Shown here one piece after another: positions 55,628-64,000 of a DNA stretch of 64,000 nucleotides. The stretch is from Anaeramoeba ignava BMAN (Eukaryota; Protista; Anaeramoebae): contig JAPDFW010000125.1 in NCBI GenBank assembly GCA_028826165.1, forward strand, positions 744,001-808,000, read 5' to 3'. Positions within the stretch are counted from its first letter, which is position 1, and each line of letters starts with the position of its first letter. Position numbers and translations under genes: made by a program. Below the pieces are notes generated by a model that searched no databases, was not told where the DNA came from, and saw only the letters and a program-made list of their open reading frames with translations.

Positions 55628-57442
55628 TTAATTTTGATTTTGATTATTAAATTTGTTAATTAATAAATCAAATAAATTTGGATTTGTTTGATTTAATTGA
55701 AAATAATCAATTCCTGTTTGAATTTCATCAATTATTTCTTGTGTAATTTGAATTCCTCCTTTAATTTGATTTGAATAAATCCAATATTCAAATATTTGAA
55801 ATGATTTATTACTTAATTCACTATAATCTGTAACTTTATTTGATTTATCTTTTGTTACAGATAAAAACATTCCTCGATATAATTCACTTCTCATTATTAA
55901 TATTAATTTAGGAAATTTATATTTCTTTTCTTTTCTTTCAATAATAAAATCTTTTTCATTTTCATTTAAATAAATTCTTTTCATTGTTTCTTCAATTTTT
56001 TCATTTGAATTTATAATTTCTTTAATTTCAGGATATAATTTTGGATTTATTATTCTGTTTGAATAAATCATTTCAAATATTTGATTTGATTCTTTAATTG
56101 ATTTATTTGAAATGATTTCTTGAAGTTTTTCAATTTGATTTTGATTTTCATTTTCATCTTTTAATCTATATTTCAATATTAATTTATGAGCTTTGATTAT
56201 TTCTCCATTTTTGGTTTTAAATGAAATATCACAAAATTCTTTTCTTTCAAATAATTTTATCAAATCTTCTTCAAGATTGGAAAAAGAAGGAAGAGAATAA
56301 TAAAGAAATGATTTATTAAATCCACAATAAACATGATAATTGGAAATATTTTCATTAAATCTTAATTTAGGAAGTTTAATTTGAATAGGAATTCTTTGAT
56401 CTTTTGTATCTCCAGTTCCTAATTGGCCATAATTGTTATTTCCAAATCCAATTAATTTTGAATTAGAAGTTAAAATCAAATTATGAAAACATCCAACAGA
56501 AAAATCAAGAATATTATCATCATTTTCAAATAAAGATGATTTGATTTCAGTAAATTCATAGTCATTTTTAAGTATTTTGCCAAGTCCATTATATAGATAA
56601 TCTCCACATGAATAAAGTTTTCTTTTTGGATTTTGATTTTCATTTTCATTTTCAATCAACATTATTGAAAAAGTAAATCCACATTGAATATCAATTATTT
56701 TACCTTTTGGAATATTTTGGATTTTGGTTAATTTTTGGATTTTTCTTTCTTCTTTCTTTGATTTTCCTAATCCAAGTTGACCTTGTTCATTATCACCACA
56801 TCCAAATAATTCTTGATTTGAATTTAAAAGAAAAACATGATTTGAAGAATTTCCTGAAAATATTTTAGAAACATTTTTCATCATTAAAATTGGTTTTTCT
56901 GTTTTTGGAAGTGTTTTAGAATCAAAACCAAGTTGAACATCTTGATTTGAACCAATTCCATAAGCATTTTGATTTGAAGTTAATAAGTAAATTGAACTAT
57001 ATCCAGAAACAATATCTTGAATTATTCTATCATTTGTATCTTTAATTAATGATGAAATATTGATAAATTCATTTGGATTTTTTGGATCAATATTTTCTCC
57101 TTTAGCAAATACATTTCCTTCTATTGTTAAAATAGCTTCATTTTTATAACCAACAGTTACTTTTTGAATATTTTCTTCAATTTGGATTTTTTCAGGATTT
57201 TGTTTTAAATATTCTTCATTTAAATATTCTATTGCTTTTCCATTTTTAAAAAGGAAAATTATTGAAAATCTGCTTGATGAAATTTGTTTAATTTGTTTTT
57301 CATTTTCATTTTCATTTTCATTTTCATTTTCATTTTCATTTTCATTTTCAAATTTAATTTGAATTGGTTTTGTTATTTTTTGTGGTTTATTTTTGATAAG
57401 AATTGGATTTGAATTTAAACCAAAAAATAAAATTTCATTCAT
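55628..57442 (-). CDS. RCC1-repeat / double BTB-POZ protein
   Basis: 604 aa; family architecture. Confidence 0.92.
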   Translation of the reverse strand: MNEILFFGLNSNPILIKNKPQKITKPIQIKFENENENENENENENENEKQIKQISSSRFSIIFLFKNGKAIEYLNEEYLKQNPEKIQIEENIQKVTVGYKNEAILTIEGNVFAKGENIDPKNPNEFINISSLIKDTNDRIIQDIVSGYSSIYLLTSNQNAYGIGSNQDVQLGFDSKTLPKTEKPILMMKNVSKIFSGNSSNHVFLLNSNQELFGCGDNEQGQLGLGKSKKEERKIQKLTKIQNIPKGKIIDIQCGFTFSIMLIENENENQNPKRKLYSCGDYLYNGLGKILKNDYEFTEIKSSLFENDDNILDFSVGCFHNLILTSNSKLIGFGNNNYGQLGTGDTKDQRIPIQIKLPKLRFNENISNYHVYCGFNKSFLYYSLPSFSNLEEDLIKLFERKEFCDISFKTKNGEIIKAHKLILKYRLKDENENQNQIEKLQEIISNKSIKESNQIFEMIYSNRIINPKLYPEIKEIINSNEKIEETMKRIYLNENEKDFIIERKEKKYKFPKLILIMRSELYRGMFLSVTKDKSNKVTDYSELSNKSFQIFEYWIYSNQIKGGIQITQEIIDEIQTGIDYFQLNQTNPNLFDLLINKFNNQNQN

Positions 57443-57492
57443 TTTTGAAAAGTAAAAAAAATGAAAAAATAAAAATTTTTGGATTGTTTTGC

Positions 57493-59094
57493 TTAATCAA
57501 CTTTTTCAACAAAAACTTTTCTTGCAATTGAATTCCAAGAATCAGACCATTTAATTTTTTCTTTATTACGAATATTTTGGCGAATAGAATCCAATTTTTG
57601 AGTATTATTTGGGAAATCCTTAAGCAAAAGAAACAAAGAATCAGCCAGTTGATCAGCAGAATTAAAAATCAATCCAGTGACGTCATTTTGAACTAATTCA
57701 TTCAAACAATTAAAATCAACAGCACAAACAGGTAAATTACAACCAAACATATCAACAACTTTAATCGGAAGATCAAATCCGCTTGAAGATTCGTGAAGAG
57801 AAACACCAACATCTCCTGATCCTAAAAGCAACGGATAATCTTTTGCTTCAAGCCAAACAGTTGAAAATCCAATTTTTTGCATTTTCTTTTTTTGACAGTT
57901 TTTTTGGAATTCTTCTTTTAATGGTCCTTTTCCTGTTACTGTTATTAATACATTTGGAAATGTTTCGCTCATTTTTTCTTTTATTATTTTTTCTTCTAAT
58001 TTTTCTGCTGCTTCTACTAACATTTCAAAATTATCATCTTTTGTCCAACTTGTTGAACTTATTACTAAAGCTGGTCTTGTTTTTTTTAATATTGGTTTTT
58101 CTTCCACTAACTTTTTTTTTTTTCCAATTTTTAATTTTATTTATAATTTTATAAATGAATTTTGATTTTAATTTTGATTTTGATTTTATAAATGAATTTT
58201 GATTTTAATTTTAATTTTGATTTTGATTTGAATTTTGATTTTGATTTTAATTTTAATTTTAATTTTAATTTTAATTTTAATTTTAATTTTGATTTTATAA
58301 ATGAATTTTAATTTTATAAATGAATTATAATTTTAATTTTGATTTTAATTTTATAAATGAATTTTAATCTATAAATTAATTTTATAAACCTCAGTAAACA
58401 AATTCTCTCCAGTATTTGGAATTAAACATTTATTTAAAGGAACCAAATCAGATTTAATTCTTTGAAACAACTCATGCTTTTCATCAATAGAAGTTTCATG
58501 AAAAAACTCTTTTGGTTTATCATAAAGAACAATAGCATTATTAATTTTCCAATTTTTTTTAAGTTCCTTTTGCATAGCTTTAGTAACACAAAAATGAGCA
58601 TAAGCTCCTCTTGAAAATAAATACTCAACCCATTTGGCAATTTTGACTAAAAAATTCTTTTTGCTAAAATGAAGAGCCAAAATCGAATATCCAAAATTAT
58701 GCCAATCAATAATATACTTAGTTTTTCTAATCCAACAAAAAATTCTTGCGACAATCATAGTTGGAATTGTTGGTGGATTTTGAATAAATAAAAAATCAGG
58801 TTTCTTCACTTTGAAAAATAGCATGTAAAACAACTGCAAAATTTGGAACAGCACTTTTGGAATCATATAAAGTAAAAATAACTTCCGCGACATTGCTGGA
58901 AATTGCCGGATTTTGTGACACTTGATTTTCTTGTTTGAATCAATTTCTTCAAGTGGTTTATGCTTCATATACCCAATTATGTCAACGTGATTTATTTTCT
59001 CAGTCTTTGCTAATGATAATGCGTGGTATTGCATTCGTGGTGAAATGAGAATTTCTCCTAATACTAAAATGCAAACGTTTTTCTTTTTGCTCAT
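57493..59094 (-). CDS. ALG1: Chitobiosyldiphosphodolichol beta-1,4-mannosyltransferase; exons 59094-58390, 58110-57493
   Basis: SPRMQYHALSLA, QNPPTIP, IDWHNFGYS, SSTSWT.DDNF, TGKGPLK, SLHESSSGFDLPIKVVDMFG; GTTTAT...AAG intron in phase 0. Confidence 0.93.
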
Positions 59095-59149
59095 TTTAAA
59101 AATAAAAAAGGAAAAAAATGAAAAAAAAATAAAAAATGAAAAAAAATAA

Positions 59150-59760
59150 AATAATAAAATATTTTGATTAATTTATTTCAAAATTTAAATAAAGAATATT
59201 AAATAAATAAATTTGAATTAAATTCTATTTTATGTATTTCATTAATTTTTCTTTATTCTAAAATTGTATTAAATAATTGGGAATAATTTAATAAAAATAA
59301 AAATATTTTGATTAATTTATTTCAAAATTTAAATAAAGAATATTAAATAAATAAATTTGAATTCAATTCTATTTTATGTATTTTATTGATTTTTCTTTAT
59401 TTAAAATTGTATTAAATAATTGGGAAATAATTTAATAAAAATAATAAAATATTTTGAGTAATTTATTTCAAAATTTAAATCAAGATTATTAAATAAATTA
59501 ATTTAAAATTAATTTTATTTTTATATATTTTATTAATTTTTCTTTATTTAAAATTGTATTAAATAATTCCCAATAATTTAATAAAAATAATAAAATATTT
59601 TGATTAATTTATTTCAAAATTTAAATAAAGAATATTAAATAAATAAATTTAAAATTAATTCTATTTTATGTATTTCATTAATATTTCTTTATTTAAAATT
59701 GTATTAAATAATTCCCAATAATTTAATAAAAATAATAAAATATTTTGATTAAATTTAATA
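59150..59760. repeat. ~146-bp tandem satellite (4+ copies) with an internal quasi-palindrome
   Basis: AAAATATTTTGATTAATTT recurs near 59157, 59301, 59447, 59593, 59738; related copies at about 61715-61990. Confidence 0.85.
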
Positions 59761-60252
59761 AAAAAATAAAAATTGAATTTTAATATTATTTAATTTAAAC
59801 TTAATTTGAATTCAATTCTATTTTATGTGTTTTATTAATTTTCTTTATTATATTAATATTTTTGATTATTTATTATTCCAATTTTAATTATAATAAAATA
59901 TATTGAAATTGAAATTTTAAATTGAAAAATTATTAAAATAATTTAATAAAAATATAAATTGAATTTTAATAATTTTTAATAATAAATTATAATTAATTTT
60001 TATTAATTTATATAATTAAAAAAAATTTAAATTTAATTATTATTAATTTATATTTTCAATTTTTATTTTTGTTTATTATCTTCAAAAAACAATTTTTCAT
60101 TTTCTTTTCCAAATTTTTAATCATATTTTTAAATTAATTTAAAATTATTTTAAATTAGATTTGTTTTTTATTTATTAATTTGAAGAATTTAATTTGATTG
60201 AAAATAAATTAAAATAAAATTAGATTTTGGAAAGTAAATGAAAAAATATTTC

Positions 60253-61662
60253 TTAAATGAAATAAGTCTCAAGTTCATCAACAACCCATAAATTAAAAGA
60301 ACCAGCCAAATAACTTTTAGCTTCATTTGTTTCATAAGTAATTCCATTAGGCAGATTATAGCTATCTCCAAAATTTGAATAACCTTGTTGTAAATTAGAA
60401 TTGATTTGAAAATCACACCCATAACCAAAAACTGGACCATAACTTAAATCAGAATAAATTGCACGACCCTGTTGTTTATATGGAAACTTTTCAGATTTTC
60501 TATTATTCTTATCATTTCTTATTGAAAAAATAAATGCATTTGGATCATTAATGTTTCCTTTATTTCCATTAAATCCAACTTCAGTAAATCCTCCAAAAAT
60601 AAAATTATCTTTTGTTTTGATAATAACTAATGTTTTTCCTTTATTATCAACTGCTTCATGCCATTTATATGATGAAAATCCATCTCTTTTTGCTGAAAAT
60701 CCTTTTTTCATTTTGGAAAAGAATTCATCATCATTTATCCATTCTTTTAATTTGTTAATATGTTCTTTTTCTTGAATAATTTCAGAATTAAAATGAAATC
60801 TTGGTTTGAAAATTAATGAATTTTCTTTTTCAATAAATTCTTTTAATTCTTTTTCATTTTTTTGTAACAATAAAAAATATGTCAATTTTTTGAATATTTG
60901 ATTTGGAATTAAATCTTTTTTCAATGTATCTTCAACTTCTTTATTGGAGAAATCAATAAATCTGATTTTATTAATAACATTAGAAATTTGATCTTGTATT
61001 TTTTCTTTTTCATTTTCTTCATTTTCTTGATTAATATTTAATTTATGTTTTCCCCATTTTATTATTGATTGGAAAAGTTCAAATTCATTTATTAAAATAT
61101 AATCATTTGATAATATTGAATTTAAATGATTTTCTTCAAGTTCAAGAAAAAATGGAGTTTGGATAAATTCTTCAAAATTATCAAAAATAAATTGATAACA
61201 AAAATCTATTAATTGATTAAAGTTAATTGCTTCAGATAATTTAAGAATATCAACAGTAGTTTCAAATTGTAACTTGTTTTTGATAAAATTTAAAGAAATT
61301 TCAATTAATTCATCAATTAAATATTTTGATGAAAAAATTAAAATTTGAATTGCATTTTCTAAATTAATTTCAATTTTTCCTGAATAAAGATAATTCAAAA
61401 TTGAAGATAGAATTGAACTTGAAACATCCTTTAAAATTAATTTATTTTCTTGATATTCTTTCATTTTAGAATTAAAAAGAGATTTAAAATACTGACTTCT
61501 TGAAGAAAGAATTGATTTATGAGTTTTAAATGAAGTTTTATCTTGTTCACAAATTATTTCAAAATCAAAATAACTTTCTTTTTGATTTTCATTTTGATTT
61601 TGATTTTGAAATAAATTTTTTAAATCATTTGAAAGTTTTTCTAAATTTGAATAATTTTCCAT
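60253..61662 (-). CDS. BTB-BACK-TLDc domain protein
   Basis: BTB (DFEII..FKTHKSILSSRSQYFKSLF..YLYSG), BACK (ELFQSIIKW..IRF), TLDc (KRDGF..WH..VDNKGKTLVIIKT..IFGGFT..YGPVFG..VDELETY). Confidence 0.9.
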   Translation of the reverse strand: MENYSNLEKLSNDLKNLFQNQNQNENQKESYFDFEIICEQDKTSFKTHKSILSSRSQYFKSLFNSKMKEYQENKLILKDVSSSILSSILNYLYSGKIEINLENAIQILIFSSKYLIDELIEISLNFIKNKLQFETTVDILKLSEAINFNQLIDFCYQFIFDNFEEFIQTPFFLELEENHLNSILSNDYILINEFELFQSIIKWGKHKLNINQENEENEKEKIQDQISNVINKIRFIDFSNKEVEDTLKKDLIPNQIFKKLTYFLLLQKNEKELKEFIEKENSLIFKPRFHFNSEIIQEKEHINKLKEWINDDEFFSKMKKGFSAKRDGFSSYKWHEAVDNKGKTLVIIKTKDNFIFGGFTEVGFNGNKGNINDPNAFIFSIRNDKNNRKSEKFPYKQQGRAIYSDLSYGPVFGYGCDFQINSNLQQGYSNFGDSYNLPNGITYETNEAKSYLAGSFNLWVVDELETYFI

Positions 61663-61849
61663 TTTATTAAAAATTTTGAAAAGAAAAAAATGAAAAAAAA
61701 AATGAAAAAAGAAATAAAGAATATTAAATATTTACATTTAAAATTGATTTTATTTTATATATTTCATTAATATTTCTTTATTCAAAATCATATAAAATAA
61801 TTCCCAATAATTTAATAAAATTAATAAAATATTTTGATTAATTTATTTC

Positions 61850-62484
61850 AAAATTTAAATAAAGAATATTAAATATTTACATTTAAAATTAATTCTATTT
61901 TATATATTTTATTAATATTTCTTTATTTAAAATTGTATTAAATTATTCCCAATAATTTAATACAATTAATAAAATATTTTGATTAATTTAATAAAAATAA
62001 ATATTGAATTTTAATATTATTTAATTTAAATTTAATTTGAATTCAATTCTATTTTATGTATTTTATTAATTTTCTTTATTAAATTAATATTTTTGATTAT
62101 TTATTAATTCAATTTTAATTATAATAAAATATATTGAAATTGAAATTTTAAATTGAAAAATTATTAAAATAATTTAATAAAAATATAAATTGAATTTTAA
62201 TAATATTTAATAATAAATTATAATTAATTTTTTATTAATTTATATAATTAAAAAAAATTTAAATTTAATTATTATTAATTTATATTTTCAATTTTTATTT
62301 TTGTTTATCATCTTCAAAAAACAATTTTTCATTTTCTTTTCCAAATTTTTAATCATATTTTTAAATTAATTTAAAATTATTTTAAATTAGATTTGTTTTT
62401 TATTTATTAATTTGAAGAATTTAATTTGATTGAAAATAAATTAAAATAAAATTAGATTTTGGAAAGTAAATGAAAAAATATTTC
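61850..62484. repeat. Near-identical duplicate of the 3' flank at ~59620-60252
   Basis: Non-coding sequence downstream of both TLDc genes aligns at an offset of about 2232 nt. Confidence 0.85.
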
Positions 62485-64000
62485 TTAAATGAAATAAGTT
62501 TCAAGTTCATCAACAACCCATGAACTAAAAGAACCAGCTAAATAACTTTGAGCTTCATTTGTATTATAAGTAATTCCATTAGGCAAATTATAACTATAAC
62601 CAAAATTTGAATAACCAGGTTGTAAATTAGAATCTAAGCCAAAATCACAATTTCCTCCTTCATTTCCACCAAATCTTGGACCCCAACTTGAAAAATATTC
62701 AATTCCACTCCCTTTTTTATATGTAAATTTCGCAGGTATTCTATCCCCTTTATCATTTCTTAATGAAAAAATAAATGCATTTGAATCCGAAATATAATTG
62801 TTTGGAGTTCCTTTCCATCCAACTTCAGTGAATCCTCCAAAAATAAAATTATCTTTTGTTTTGATAATAACTAATGCTTTTCCTTTATTATCAACTGCTT
62901 TATGCCAATTTTGAGAATCAAATCCATCTCTTTTTGCTGAAAATCCTTTTTTCATTTTAGAAAAAAAATCATTATCATTTATCCATTCTTGTAATTTCTT
63001 AACATATTCAATATCTTTAATAATTTCTGAAAATTGAGGAAAATTTTTTCTGATTTCTTCTAATTTTTTCTCAAGTTCCAAATCTTTTTGATATTGATCT
63101 CGATATTTATCAAAAATAGGTTTCATATCTTCAACTTCTTTCTTCCATTTCTCTTCAATTTCTTTGTTTTTCTCTTCAACTTCTTTCTTCCATTTCTCTT
63201 CAATTTCTTTCTCTTTGTTTTCAATTTCTTTGTTTTTATCTTCAATTTCAATTTTCATTTGTTGATTTTCTTTTTGATTATCTTGAATAACTTTGTTTTG
63301 AATATCAACTAAAATAGATTTGGGAAAAAAATCAAATTGTTTTAATTTATCAAAATCTTGTTTTGAAATTGAATCTTTATCAAATAATGAAAAAAAAGAA
63401 TGAAATAATCTTTTCTTTGCATTCATTTTGTGTTCATATTTCTTTAATTTTAATCTTTGATTTCTTTTTTCAATCCAATTATTTAAAAATTGAAAAAAAT
63501 CAAATTGAAAAATTTCTTTTTTTTCTTGTTTAAATTGAATAAATTTGATAATTTCTTCTTTAGTTAAATTGAATAAATTTTCATTATTCTGAATTTGGGA
63601 AAAATTTTGATTTATTAATTCAAAACATTTTATTTCAATTTCATTTGAATTTAAATTTCGATTTTGGAATAAAAATTGGAAAAAATTTGAATAATTAATT
63701 GAATTTGAAATTTTTTTTTGAATAATTTCTTTCAATAAATTTAATTTAAAATAAATTGAAATTTCCAATAATTGGAGAAGATTTTCTTGATTCTCAAAAG
63801 AAATATTTCCATAATAAATATAACTCAAAATTGATTCCATTTCTTTTTTATTAAATTGATTTAAAAAAATAGAAAGAGATTCTTGCCTTAATAATTCATT
63901 AAAAAAAGGAGATCTTGAAGATAAAATTGATTTATGAACTTTAATTTCAAAAGGATTTGATTTATTCTCAACAAAAATTGAAAAATCTTTAAATGAATTT
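62485..64000 (-). CDS. BTB - coiled-coil - TLDc protein (5' end outside window)
   Basis: Frame continues to the window edge (KDFSIFV..IKVHKSILSSRSPFF); KEIEEKWKKEVEE repeats; C-terminal TLDc. Confidence 0.88.
   Translation of the reverse strand, partial: NSFKDFSIFVENKSNPFEIKVHKSILSSRSPFFNELLRQESLSIFLNQFNKKEMESILSYIYYGNISFENQENLLQLLEISIYFKLNLLKEIIQKKISNSINYSNFFQFLFQNRNLNSNEIEIKCFELINQNFSQIQNNENLFNLTKEEIIKFIQFKQEKKEIFQFDFFQFLNNWIEKRNQRLKLKKYEHKMNAKKRLFHSFFSLFDKDSISKQDFDKLKQFDFFPKSILVDIQNKVIQDNQKENQQMKIEIEDKNKEIENKEKEIEEKWKKEVEEKNKEIEEKWKKEVEDMKPIFDKYRDQYQKDLELEKKLEEIRKNFPQFSEIIKDIEYVKKLQEWINDNDFFSKMKKGFSAKRDGFDSQNWHKAVDNKGKALVIIKTKDNFIFGGFTEVGWKGTPNNYISDSNAFIFSLRNDKGDRIPAKFTYKKGSGIEYFSSWGPRFGGNEGGNCDFGLDSNLQPGYSNFGYSYNLPNGITYNTNEAQSYLAGSFSSWVVDELETYFI

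Noticed and set aside
16245-57442. Diversity-generating retroelement or CRISPR-like mechanism behind the hypervariability
   Set aside because: No reverse transcriptase, template repeat or repeat-spacer array in the window; substitutions are not visibly restricted to adenines.

Overview
Very AT-rich, gene-dense eukaryotic DNA with GT-AG introns and the standard genetic code. By composition and gene families it looks like an anaerobic protist, plausibly an Anaeramoeba-like metamonad (inference only). The window is dominated by 17 tandem, intronless RCC1-propeller + double-BTB genes in three blocks (14.4-28.1 kb -, 35.5-41.6 kb +, 43.8-57.4 kb -). Their scaffold and BTB halves are almost invariant, while short propeller loops are hypervariable and shuffled between paralogs, and three copies end in a polybasic-CaaX tail. 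This looks like a diversified Cullin-3 substrate-receptor repertoire. A putatively myristoylated F-box-LRR gene and two BTB-TLDc genes lie in or beside the array. Single-copy genes: aldo-keto reductase, a Tyr/dual-specificity phosphatase, a bacterial-type MFS transporter split into 9 exons (one a 3-nt microexon), a Ras GTPase, a bacterial-type fucose-isomerase-like gene, a BAR protein, lipin, a secreted ependymin+saposin-like protein and ALG1. Non-coding signals: a three-hairpin ncRNA candidate with an Sm-like site (~724-951), a TTTCAYTTT initiator-like element before nearly every gene, microsatellite-filled introns, a TCGGATA-motif array (33.0-34.3 kb) and a ~146-bp satellite whose hairpin loop flips between GGG and CCC.
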